Assembly (NCBI RefSeq): GCF_006345805.1
Contig: NC_043005.1
Location: 54,312,001 to 54,376,000 of the forward strand
Source: Octopus sinensis
Taxonomy: Eukaryota
Direction: 5' to 3'
DNA: 64,000 nucleotides
Both the position numbers and the translations under genes were made by a program. This document shows positions 1 through 12,762 of this stretch, piece after piece; the first letter of the stretch is position 1; every line of letters begins with the position of its first letter. The notes beneath the pieces were generated by a model. The model was not told where the DNA came from. It was given only the letters and a program-made list of their open reading frames with translations, and did no database searches.

Positions 1-156
1 CATATACACACCCAGACAGTGATTAAAAGATTAAGCTTGTTATGAATTCATTTTCCCATCAAGATATCTCAAATTAGTAAGTTCTTGACAATTCTAGACA
101 ATAACGATGCTTTCCACTGTGCTTTTAATGAACGCAACATAACATTACTGATACAG

Positions 157-165
157 ATAATAATA

Positions 166-224
<59 letters not shown>

Positions 225-322
225 GGTGGTGGTGGCGGCGGCGGCGACGACGGCGACGACGATAGTAGTAGTAGTAATAATAATGAGGATGATGACGACG
301 ACGATGATGATGATGATTATAA

Positions 323-376
<54 letters not shown>
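157..376. repeat. Compound trinucleotide microsatellite (AAT/ATG/GTG/GCG/GAC/GTA/ATT)
   Basis: Consecutive (ATG)n, (GTG)n, (GCG)n, (GAC)n, (GTA)n and (ATT)n tracts. These explain the three low-complexity ORFs at 69-441. Confidence 0.97.
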
Positions 377-377
<1 letters not shown>

Positions 378-469
378 TCAGTTGTCTCATTTTTATCATG
401 TGCTTTCATGGCACTACCGAGCACAGCTCTGTGCACATTAGTTATGTGCTGTGGTTTGTTGTGATGCTC

Positions 470-900
470 TTATCACCTCTGCCTTCGCTAACGCAGAGGT
501 ATTGTTTTCAGTTGTGTTTGTTTGTTTGTCCGTGAACAGGATATCTCATGAACTGCTGGATGGATTCGGATGAAACTTTCAGGGGTGTTTGGCCTCGTGA
601 CTGGCACGAACTGATTAGATTTTGGGATCAGTCTGGTACCGCACAAGGATTCTGGATTATTTGTTATATTTACTTTGTTTTACATGATTATGATCTTATG
701 TTAACTTTCAAGTCTTTCTTTATTATTTCCCTTTAGGTTGTATCTATTTTGAATGGTGAATTTAACTTTGACTTGATTTAGATAAGAATAAACTATATAT
801 TACTGTTGCTAAATTTTCTCTGGCCACCTTCACATTCCATGACTACCATTGGGATCAATCAGGTACTGGACAAGGATTCTGATTAATTTTCTGGTTTTAC
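470..900 (+). mobile_element. Non-autonomous element, DINE-1/HINE (Helentron-associated)-like architecture
   Basis: 5' stem-loop acctctgc-N10-gcagaggt (475-500), then a short (GTTT)n/GTCC tract, then gaacaggatatctc..ggatggattcggatgaaacttt..gattagattttgggatc, a body I recognise from widespread aquatic-animal non-autonomous repeats. An internal ~38-bp segment is duplicated (~622-660 and ~851-890). Superfamily assignment is inference. Confidence 0.5.
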
Positions 901-1055
901 TTAATTTTTGAGAGCGATTCTATTGCAGTCTTTTGTTGAGTCACTTAGTTACAGAAATGTAAACAACAAACTATGGTTGTCAAGCAGTGGTGAAGGGACA
1001 AACACAGTTATAGACATGCACAAACAAATATATCTACATATATATTTATATATGA

Positions 1056-1180
1056 CAGGCTTCTCTCTGTTTCCTTCTACCAAATCCACCCGCAAGGCTT
1101 TGGTCAGCTCAAGGCTATAGTAGAAGACCCTTGCCCAAGGTGCCACACAGTGGGACTGAACCTGGAACCATGTGGTTCTT
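1056..1180 (-). mobile_element. CORE-type tRNA-derived SINE (family A), 5' half
   Basis: Reverse complement contains ggttccaggttcagtcccactgtgtggcaccttgggcaagggtcttctactatagcc, matching the full copy at 23266 (B-box plus MIR-like ccttgggcaag CORE box). Confidence 0.85.
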
Positions 1181-1321
1181 ACTACACTGTGACGTCTGCA
1201 CATGTTGCATCTTAATTTATTTGGTTTTGCAATACAATCATCAGAATGCATATCAATACAGTTTTTACAAAAATACAGTACACAATTCCATGAGAGAAAC
1301 ACACACACACACACACACTAA

Positions 1322-1780
1322 CTGTGTAGTGAAGAAACTCACTTTGTACCCATGTAGTTTTGGGTTCAATCCTACTGTGCAGCACCTTGAGCAAGTATCT
1401 CCACTATAGCCTTGTGAATGAATTTGGAAACTGAATGGAAGCCCATCATATATATAGAACAGAAACACATTATATATAGTTATACGCATCCAACCCATGC
1501 CAGTATGGAAAACATGTTTAATGATGATGATGATGATGATTAGGAGGAGGAGGAGGATAAATGTGTGTGTGTGTGAGACTCTACCTCAGGGTATGACATC
1601 CAGTATTGGTTTGTTTAAATCCTAGTAACTGAGCAGTTCAGCAAAAGAGAACCAACAGAATAAGTAACTGATTTGAGAAAAGTACTGAGGTCAATTTGTT
1701 TGATGAATAACCCTCAAAGACATTGCACCAGTATGGCCACAGTCCAAAAACCGAAAAAAATGAAAGATATATATTTTGTC
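1322..1780 (+). mobile_element. Degraded family A SINE (5' part 1322-1455, 3' part ~1580-1780) with an intervening (ATG)n-tailed SINE 3' end
   Basis: gggttcaatcctactgtgcagcaccttgagcaagtatctcc; later agcagttcagcaaaagagaaccaacagaataag and ccagtatggccacagtcc. 1490-1540 (ccaacccatgccagtatggaaa + (ATG)n) matches the reverse complement of the left end of 43862-44100. Confidence 0.7.
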
Positions 1781-1892
1781 AGTCTGAGCAGGATGAATGA
1801 AAATGTCTGACTAGTGCCAGGTTTGAACCCAGGATCATGAAGTTGAATCACTTCATTTCCAGTCATTCTACTACTAGTTTTGCTTTAATAAT

Positions 1893-2334
1893 CCTTTCTA
1901 CTGTAGGCACAAGGCCTGAAATTTGGTGGGAAAGGGCTGAGTCAATTACATTGACTCCAGTATACAAATGGTATTTATTATATCGACCCCAAAAGGATGA
2001 AAGGCAAAGTTAACCTCGATGGAATTTGAACTCAGAATGTAAAGACGGACGAAATGCCACTAAGCATTTTGCCTGGCATGCTAATGTTTCTGCCAGTTTG
2101 CCGCCTTAAGTTTTGCTTTAATAATCTTTTCTATTCTAGGCACAAGGCCCAAAATTTTGGGGGAGTGGCGAGGGGGGGGGCAGTCGATTAGATTGACATC
2201 AGTACACAACTGGTACTTAATTTACCGACCACAAAAGGATGAAAGGCAAAGTCGACCTCGGCAGAATTTGAACTCAGAACTCAGAACTAAGAATTTTGCC
2301 AGGCGTGCTAACATTTCTGCCAGCTTGCCACCTT
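1893..2334 (-). mobile_element. Two tandem family B tRNA-derived SINEs (1893-2109, 2126-2334)
   Basis: Both carry aggatgaaaggcaaagt(c/t)(g/a)acctcg..gaatttgaactcagaa and the head ..ctgccag(t/c)ttgcc(g/a)cctt, matching the reverse complement of the 61688 copies. They are bracketed by three copies of gttttgctttaataat. Confidence 0.9.
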
Positions 2335-2701
2335 GTTTTGCTTTAATAATAACAATGCACTCTATAGCCCATATGTAAACACAAAACAAAATAAGGTAGT
2401 AGTAGTAGTAGTAGTGGTAGTGGTGGTGGTGGTGGTGGTAGGAAGAGGAGACAGAGAGTGGGGGAGAGGAGGAGGAGGAAGAAGAAGAGACAGAGAGTGG
2501 GAGGAGAGGAGGAGGTGGAAAAGGAGGAGGGGAGGTGGGGCCTTTAATTTAATAGGAATTCTCAAGCAATCTAAAGAGAATCAGAATCATTTAGCTTGCG
2601 ATATAAATGAGGAAACAAAATATATTTTCTTCTAATCAAATATGACTTTTTAAGTATTACATCCTAAATGACCAGAAGGGAAAAAATTATTTCTTACCAT
2701 T

Positions 2702-2736
<35 letters not shown>

Positions 2737-3839
2737 TTTGATTATATATACATATATATATATATGATATATATGTAAGAACCTAAATTACCATGCTTGC
2801 ATATATGCAGAAACAGGAAGTGTGTGTTTGTGTGCATATATATGTGTGTGTGTGTATGTATGTGTGTATATATATGTATGTATGTATTTATGTATGTATG
2901 TATGTATGTATGTATAAAGTGAGAGGTGGGGGTAGCTAGCTAGATAGATATGAATATATAAACACACATATGTATGTGTGTCTATTTGTACAAAGAATTA
3001 CATGTATGTGTGTGTATGTGTGTATGTACATATGTATGTGTGCATGTGTGCGTGCACATGGGTGTGCATGTGTGTGAGTATATATATGTGTGTATGTATG
3101 TATATTTGTATGTATGCATATACACACACAGAGTCACAAGCACACATATATACAACTAACGCACAACCAGACTAACACACATACATAAACATACACACTC
3201 TTCTCTCCACACACACACACACACACACACTCACACACATGCTCACACATATAATATAAACACTCTGCAGTACTAAAAAAAAAAAATTAAGGGCCCAAAC
3301 AATTTGAAAAACAAATAAAATCATATTCAGCATTTGTCCCCCTATAAGATAATTTGCAATCAGCATATATATTCAATCATGATTGATCGTCACTACTTGA
3401 CTTGTGTAAATAAATTTCTTCGCATTTGGTTCAAATAATAAAATTATCAACTTCGCAATAAAATAAAATGTATGAGAAAGTAGTTTTATATATTAGACCC
3501 TACTGTTAAATTTACAAATCTATCAATCATTAATTTAAGGGTGAAACCATCAATGGATGATGTTGTTGTTGTTGTTGTGATTCATGTTTTGTTCATTTTT
3601 TATTGCTTGTTTTGCATGTGTTTTATTTATGTGATTTTATTTATTTCTAAGTTTGTTCTAGTTGTTTTCATTGTTTGGTTGCGTTCATTGTTGTCATGGA
3701 AGAATTGTTGATTGCTTTTTCCTTCGTAATTGGTATTGTTATTTCATATATATTTTTTCTATTGTTTTTTTTTGCTTTGCTTAGTGCACCACATATATTT
3801 GATTAAATACTTATATATATATGCATAAAATATATATAG

Positions 3840-3882
<43 letters not shown>

Positions 3883-3977
3883 ATATATATACATATATAT
3901 ATAATATATATACGTTATATATTTTGCATAGATACACATATATGTATATCTGTATATATTTGCATGCATATATATAT

Positions 3978-4021
<44 letters not shown>

Positions 4022-4859
4022 ATATGTATATATGTATATATATATATGTATGTATGTTTGTATATATGTATATGTATGCATATATGATTGAGAGATATAT
4101 TAAAATATATGCGATCATTTTATTGAAATAAAAGCAACATGTATATGTGTGCAAGTGCGTCTATGATATATATGCCTATGCCTGTGTATGTATAGATAGA
4201 GAGATGAATAGAGAGAGAGAGAGAGGCACATGTGCATGTATAAGCATGCATGCGTGTGCATGCATGTATATAAGAGGGGAGATTTTTTCTCCTTTATTAT
4301 TGATGATAATACTTATGGAATGATAATTTCTTTTCTTAATTTATTTTCTATTACGCACTCAGATTAGACTCTGGAACAAAGAAAAAAGAAATAAAACAAA
4401 AAACTGGGAGGCACAATACCAAAAAGAAAAAAAAAACAAATACAAAACTAGAACAAACAAACACTTTGTAAACACTAAATTAAAAGGGATATTTAATGTA
4501 AATAAAAGTGAGGAACGGAGGTTGCATGGGTTTGAGGTTTTGGGGTTTCACTATCTGCTTGGGTTATTTTCTTTTGGTGATAAGCATAAGTGTTTAAAAA
4601 CAAGTTAAAAATAACAAATTGATTTCAATAAGTGATAGTTATTTTCCATATTTGAAAATGCACTGTGGTTCTAACTTATTTGAGAAGTTGACAGCAATAA
4701 TAATTTGTTTTGTGTTTTTTTCCCCTAGATCTATCTATTATTCATGATTCATTTATACAAAGCATTAGGGGTATTACTTATTTAGCTATAACCTACTATG
4801 TTATGTCCAGCTCGGGACAAGTCAGATTTTTACTTTTTTGAGGGATGCATGCTGATGAA

Positions 4860-5000
4860 ATATGCTGGCTAAGAAGTTCACTTTGCAATCATTTCAGGTT
4901 CAATCTCCCGGCATGGTACCTTGGGAAAGTGTCTTCTACTACAGCCTTGGACTAACCTATGCCTTGTGAGTGAATCTTGTAGACAGAAACTTTGTGGCTC
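4860..5000 (+). mobile_element. Degraded family A (CORE) SINE, 5' half
   Basis: caggttcaatctcccggcatggtaccttgggaaagtgtcttctactacagcc..gccttgtgagtgaatcttgtagacagaaact. Confidence 0.75.
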
Positions 5001-5022
5001 ATTGTATATATATATATGCACA

Positions 5023-5588
5023 ACATGCAGGAAGTAAATAGACACCTTTACTTTCCAAAATCTTTTATTTGATATCAATTGGTTGAAGGAGAGGTTTTCT
5101 TCTAGCTGCTCATCCATAATACCCAAGCTTATACAGATATGTAACATACGTTCTTGGACTAACTTCTAGCTGTTTTGCAATGTCAGAAGCCTTCGAACAG
5201 GGCTCGTTTTCCCAAATTCTCTTCAAACAGCAAAGCTTCTTTCTGAGGGCCCAGGTCAGCTGGGACATGAATCTGTTGATTCTTTTCCTTGGCTTTTGAA
5301 TTGCACTATAGTTCTATTAACAGTAGCAAGAGGAATTTGAAGATTTTCGGCAATTTTTCACTAGCTAAGACCAGCCTCAGATTACCCAACAATACGACCT
5401 CTTAGAAAATCTGACAGTTCTGCTGAATTTTTTTAATGTGGCATGGTTACTCTTAACAAATGTTTAATATAATGGCACCTGGAATGAAAAGGAATGATTA
5501 CATTGTAAATTCTACACTGCTGAAACATATTACAATGTTTAGATCAGAAATTTTGAAAATTGAAGGTGTCTATTTATTTCCTGCATGT
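5023..5588 (-). mobile_element. Internally deleted Tc1-family transposon with ~40-bp TIRs and decayed N-terminal transposase
   Basis: TIRs: acatgcaggaagtaaatagacacctt (from 5023) vs reverse complement of 5562-5588, acatgcaggaaataaatagacacctt. The minus strand from ATG 5444 reads [46 protein letters not shown]..GP..; after a frameshift SDIAKQLEVSP..KLGY..AARRKPLL, the Tc1 paired-like HTH and KPLL motif. Confidence 0.85.
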
Positions 5589-5660
5589 CATAATACACAC
5601 ACACACACACACATGCACACACGCACACACACACACACATACATATATTATTTGAAACAG

Positions 5661-5818
5661 TTTGATTCAGCTCCAAGTAACTTAAAATTTCTCAGGACTC
5701 TAACAGAAATCCATCTTTTTCAGGCTTTAGATTTCTGAATAGAGAAACCGAAAGCCTGAACAAGATAGCTTCTGTTTGAGGCTTGCAAAATCTTTAAGTC
5801 ACATTGAACCAAATTTTG
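5661..5818. mobile_element. Old fold-back (palindromic MITE-like) element
   Basis: Centred on a 6-nt loop at 5737-5742. ttcaggcttt (5719-5728) pairs with aaagcctgaa (5751-5760), and imperfect pairing extends to ~75-bp arms. One arm recurs at ~17205-17282. Confidence 0.65.
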
Positions 5819-5945
5819 TCAGTGGCTAATAAATTTAACATTGTTTAAAGTAACTTATTCTAATAACAACTTATTATTATTACTTGGCACAGGTGTTCAA
5901 GCTGCATAAATTATTAATATTGAACTCCATCACATTAATCCTGTT

Positions 5946-5987
<42 letters not shown>

Positions 5988-7009
5988 AAAGCAAGTAAAT
6001 AACAAGGATGTCAATGTATTTGTTTGTTACAGCCGTTTCAGGTGGATTCATTTAATCAAATAATACAAGCATTACATCTATTTGAAATATGCTGCCATCT
6101 TCAGATGCAAAATATAAGTTTTCAACTTACAGGATGCTCCATTATAACTTTTAGTGAATATTTCGACACGTGTGTAATAATAATAATAGTGAAGATATTT
6201 AATGTGGTTCGACAATTTTGCATCTATTTTCAGCATATAGGCATTTTCTATGCCTCTACTTATAATTGTATTAGCAATATATATATATACACACACAAAA
6301 TATATATATACATATATATACACACAGACACACATATATCTATATCTATCTATATATACATATATATGTATCTATGTATAAACACACATGTGCACACACA
6401 CACACACGCATATGCACATTTGAACATTGGTCTTGGGATTAAGATAAAACAAAAATGTCAATATATAATTTTTTTCCTCCTCTCAGACTGGGATTTTCAT
6501 TCTTTACCAAAACCATTTTTTCTTAAAGAAAATACACTTAAATTTTTGAATGCCTTTGGGAGAAATAAAAACATCACTCCTCATTTCTTCTTCCCTACAA
6601 TATAAATTGTCTTTGTTACCCCCTTTTTTTTTTCTTTTTTTTGCAAATTTGGTAACAAAAAGTACAAATGAAGTCTTGATATGACAGCTTATCTGCCAGC
6701 ATCAAATATGATACACCCTGTAGGCTATGGACTGCAGTTAACTTGTGAACTTTCTAATGACATTTTCAGATAATTGCTTTTGCCAGTAAGTTTCTCTGGG
6801 CTCAGATTTCTGTGCAAAATTTTGCTAATATCCTGGGCAAATTCACTTTCACTTTTATTTCATTTTGTGTATGAAATTATCTGTGTATATATTTATGTAT
6901 GTATGTATATAATATATATATATATATATTATATATATATATATAATATATATATATATTATATATACTATATATATATATACATATATATATATACATA
7001 TATATATAC

Positions 7010-7070
<61 letters not shown>

Positions 7071-7144
7071 CAAGAACATATGTATATAGATAGATAGATA
7101 GGTAGATAGATAGATAGACAGACACGTAAGTATGTATATATGTG

Positions 7145-7355
7145 TAGCAAAAGGGTCAAAGGTTCTTCCCAAGCCATGGGCTCCTTAGGCCAATTTCCTG
7201 GATCTGTGGCATATATGTTCCCCACTGGGCAGAGTTCAAGCCTCTTGCAGAATTATTCAATTTTGAAAGACCACAATGCATCACTCAGTACAGGAACTGA
7301 AACCACAATCTTACAGTCATGAGCACAGCACTTAAACCACTATGCTATACACCTC
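7145..7355 (-). mobile_element. tRNA-headed SINE (family C)
   Basis: Reverse complement begins ggaggtgtatagcatagtggtttaagtgctgtgctcatgactgtaagattgtggtttcagttcc (A-box/B-box-like). The head is similar to the + copy at 22434. Confidence 0.65.
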
Positions 7356-7373
7356 CAAACACACATCTATCTA

Positions 7374-7411
<38 letters not shown>

Positions 7412-8573
7412 CATATATATATAATATATATATATATAAATGTATGTATGTATTCCTAATTTCAGCAGTGGCAGTGTCATTATTTTTTATCATTGAAACA
7501 TTAGATATTATACACTACTGCATCTGACTAAGCAATTGTCATTTCCAAGTGACAAAGATATCTAAAATATCTAAATTGTTTACGCAACATTTTCCCCCCA
7601 AAAGATTTAACGAATAAAACAAAAGAAGCGAACATATATTCATAAACGGATTATTGGTGTTTGCAACAAAAGAAAGCAACAGAAACAAAATTTGCTCCAG
7701 CAGTCATAAGAAACCATTTTTATTTCTGGAAAACCATGCCATGTCTCAAAAAAATCCCAATCCATTATTGCCTAATTTAATTATTGCTTCGTTTTTATTT
7801 TTCTCTTTCTTACTAATTCAGCGTTGGTTGATTATTTGATTTTAATACCATTATTCTATTCCCAAATATGTGTGTGTGTGTGTGTGTGTGTGCATGTATG
7901 CGAATATATGTTTATGCATATATATATATATATATATGCATATATGTACACATATACATATTTATTTGTAAAGATATGTATGAATGTGTGTACATATATA
8001 TATAAATATACACATCCATACATCCATGTATATATACATATATATATATATATAAATATATATACATACATACATATATATATATATATATGTATATTTA
8101 TTTATATATATATATAGATAGATAGATAGATAGATAGATATAGATATACATACATGCAAAGACAGAGAGATATATATATCTGTCATTCTATATGTATATA
8201 TGTTTGTATATGCAAATATATACACATGCACACACATTTATATGTATACATATGTAAGTATATGTATGTATGTGTGTATGTATGTGTGTATGTATGTATG
8301 TATGTATGAATGTATGTATGTATGCTTGTGTGTGCATGTGCAAAAATCTAGAATAACAATGTATTTTGCAATCAGAGAAGACCTTCAACTTCAGTTGTTT
8401 CTTTGGGAGTGTTTTGTATATTGAAGCTATAAAGCATCATGTTACTTCACCCTACACCTCTAACTTCCAGGAATTGATAATAGCTTATTGGAAGGTAAAT
8501 ACTCAAGAGTCATCTAAGGAACAATTTATGTAGAAACAGAAAAACCTATAATCACATGTCACATGTGTATACA

Positions 8574-8606
<33 letters not shown>

Positions 8607-9597
8607 CCATATTCACACACATAAGCATACATGCATATACACACGTATACATCATAGCTAGATATACCACACTACTCATATATGTAAGTAAATGTAAGCA
8701 GATGAATAGATTGCATCTATGTAACTTATATATATACATATATATGTATGTACGTACGTATGTATGTATGTATGTATGTATGTATCAATGTTTAGATATA
8801 TATATATAAACATATATTTATGAATATGTATATATAAACATAGTAGTAAGTATTGGCATATTCGGTATATTTTAAATATATACATACATACACACATGTA
8901 TTTATACATACATATATTTACTTACACTTGTGTGTGTATATATATATACACACATATGATCATATATATATGATTACTTACATATAGTTTCATATATGTA
9001 TATATTCATATATATATATATATATATGAATGTAATCATTAGTGTGTAAAAAAATTATCCTAAAATATCAATACTGTACATACATATACACATATAGATA
9101 TGTATGTATATGTATATTTATATATACGTATATGCGTCTATATATGTATATTTATGTATATGCATATCTATATATTTCTTTTTATGTGTATATGTTTACA
9201 TCTCTGCCTACAGATAGATTGAGAGACAGATAATATTTTATATACATATATTTATATATATGTATATATATGTTGATATATATGGTATGTACAAATAATA
9301 TCTCATATATATATATATATATTTTATGATATACTATATAATATTTCTGCTTCCCAGAGGACATGATTGTTGAATGCAACTATTACAGTTGTCTATAGTT
9401 TTAACGACATTCTGTCATCTATTTAGCCTTTAATGTCTACCTTTGGTCAACTTTGGAGTTTCTTTCGGTTGCTCTTCTAATATATTTTTTTAAGTCGTCT
9501 TCTGTGTTTTTCACCATCTATCCCTATTTTTAATATATTTTTTGTAGTAATTTTCTCATGTGAATTCTAACTATTTTATCATGTACTATTATTATTA

Positions 9598-9658
<61 letters not shown>

Positions 9659-9968
9659 TTAATCTTCGTCTTCATCAACATCAATATCATAGTTGTCATC
9701 ATTTGTCATCACCATGATTCTTTGGTGATTCATCCCAACAGCACAATCCTGGAATTATCAGAATGTAGATCACCTAGCTGTCAAGATTTCGTCCAGTTTG
9801 ATTCTTGTTTACTTATCCATCATCATCACCATCGTCCATGTTGCTGTTGTCATCATCATCATCATCGTCATCATCATCATCATCATCATCGTTGTCGTCA
9901 TCATCTTTATCATCTTATTTTGATTTGTTTCATGCTGGTGGACTTTTTTCACAAAAGCACACACATAA

Positions 9969-10002
<34 letters not shown>

Positions 10003-11440
10003 CATACATATATAATAATTCTTGGGCCATCACCAAGTAGGAGTATCATTTTACCATTATTTCCCACAGTCCATTTCCAATTCACAGAGGCACTAGATTT
10101 GTGATTATACCTATAATTATTTCACATTCACCTATATTGGATCATTTCCTCATAGATCAGTTGTCAGTTGTTGTTTTCTACAACACATCCAGCCACCTCC
10201 CCTCACTTATCTCTGTGGCCAATGTCTGTGCTAATGTCATGGTTGCCCATGTGTGCGTATGTGCATGTCTATGTGTATGTGTTTATGAATGTGTATGTGT
10301 TAGTCTTTATGAATGAATATATGAGGATGTGCATATGTATGTACTTGTGTATGTGTGTGTATATATTTCAGTTATGTATCTGTAAGTGTTTATATTTATG
10401 TCTGTAACCCTCTTAGAATTTATGTTTTCAAAGAAATACACAAACACACATACATGTACACATACATACACTCATATATGCATATATTTATATGTATGCC
10501 TATATATGTATTCATTTTACATTTATATATATATACATACACATACACTCCTCTGTGCTTGTGTTTCTGGGTGCATGTGTGTGTATGTGTGTATATGCAT
10601 GTGTATATTTGCATGTATGTGTCTGTGTATGTGTGTATGTGTACACACATACACACATATATATTTATAGATAGATAGACAGAGATATTACTAGCTAGAT
10701 AGATATGTATGTATATATATATATATATATATATTCATGTATGTAGATATATGAATATGTATGAATATATATATATGTATGTAAGTATGTATGTATATAC
10801 ATATTATATATATACACATATTATATATATGTGTATATATTATATATATATATATCTTATATATATATAAACATACACTTGTGTCCCTGTCTTTTAAATG
10901 GACACTTGAAATTGTTTCCCAAACTAATCTCAAACTTGATGTATTTTAAACAAACATCTTTCTTGCTACTTTTTTTCTTTTAGTTGACCTCATTCACTTT
11001 GGAGGAAAAAATATGTCTTGTCATCATTTACACCTAAAATACAAAGTGTGTATATAAATTTATTTTTTCTTTTTGCATGTGTGTGTGGGTGTGTGTGTTT
11101 AAGAGTCAATTCTAGTAGCATGAGTTGTTATTTGATATCTTAGAATTATACATTATATCTAAAGAAAGTAACCATTAGTGAATTTTACTGGTAGAAAATG
11201 TTCGTTTTGTGAGGCTATCAAAATCTTTTACATGGTTCCAATCTTTTCAGATAACTTGTTTCATGACTACACCTATTCAATGTATGATTGCACATCTACC
11301 ATTTATTCTGGTTTGGCTTCTGGAAGAGTACTGATATTAATCCTCATGTATGTATGCATGTAATGACGTATGTATGTATGTATGTATGTGTGTGTATGTA
11401 TGTATGTATGTATATATATATTTATGTATGTATGCATGCA

Positions 11441-11471
<31 letters not shown>

Positions 11472-11657
11472 ATATATGTATGTATGCATGTATGTATGTA
11501 TATATGTATGTATGTATGCATGTATGTATGTATGTAAAGACATACATGCACACATATGCATGCATATGTACCTACCTCAATATCTGTATTTATATATCTA
11601 TTTATAAATACATATGTACATATATATGTATACATATATAGGTATATAAATAAATAT

Positions 11658-11689
<32 letters not shown>

Positions 11690-11771
11690 TTATTTATACA
11701 TACACACATATATATATGTATAGTTGTATAGTTACATACACACACACATATATATAGACATACATATATTG

Positions 11772-11814
<43 letters not shown>

Positions 11815-12287
11815 TATTCTTGCAATTTACCTCTGTATCTTCAATTTTGTTGTCCACTTTAATGGACTGCTCCTGTCTCCCGCTCACCTACATTATGAAT
11901 ATATTTTTTGCTGCTGACAAGGAGATAGATAGATGTAAATGGTTTTTTTTTTCGAGAGTAAAGGGAGAAGAGGGGTAGTGTGGTTCCAATTTTTATTATT
12001 GTTGTTGTTATTGTTGTTTTGTTTGTTTCATGTTGTTTATTGTTGGTTATTTTTTTTTTATTCATATGATATGAAATATGTTTTCAGAACATTCATCTTT
12101 GTGGTTCTTGTCTCTCTTGTAATATCTTAAAGATATAGAAAGAAGTATGCAAATCAATCTTCCTTGCTGCTAACTTTCCAACAGTGTCCTGTCCCTTAGA
12201 ATCAATGGAAATGTTATATATATATAAATATATATACATATATACACATATACATATATATATTATATATTATATATATATATATAT

Positions 12288-12322
<35 letters not shown>

Positions 12323-12367
12323 GTATATATATATACACACACGCACATACACATATATATATATATG

Positions 12368-12762
12368 TATTCTTTTATTCTTTTACTTGTTTCAGTCATT
12401 TGACTGTGGTCCAGCTGGAGCACTGGCCTTTAGTCAAACAAATCAACCCCAAGACATATTCTTTGTACGCTTAGTACTTATTCTATTGGTCTCTTTTGCT
12501 GAACTGGTAAGTTACGAGGTGATAAACACACCAACACCAGTTGTCAAGCAGTGATGGAGGTGAACTCAGATACAAAGACACACACATATATATAATTATA
12601 TATATATACATGATTAGCTTCTTGCAGTTTCTGTCTACCAAATCCACTCATTAGGGTGTAGTCAATCTGAGAATATAATAGGAAACGCTTGCCTAAGGTG
12701 CAGTGGTACTGAACCTGGAACCATGCAGTTGCAAATCACACATCTTAACACACAGCCACATC
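12368..12762 (-). mobile_element. Near full-length family A (CORE) SINE
   Basis: cttttacttgtttcagtcatttgactgtgg..ctggagcac, cttttgctgaactggtaagttacg, central (AC/AT)n, ctaccaaatccactca, gaacctggaaccatg, acacagccac. Colinear with the reverse complement of 23266-23670. Confidence 0.85.
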
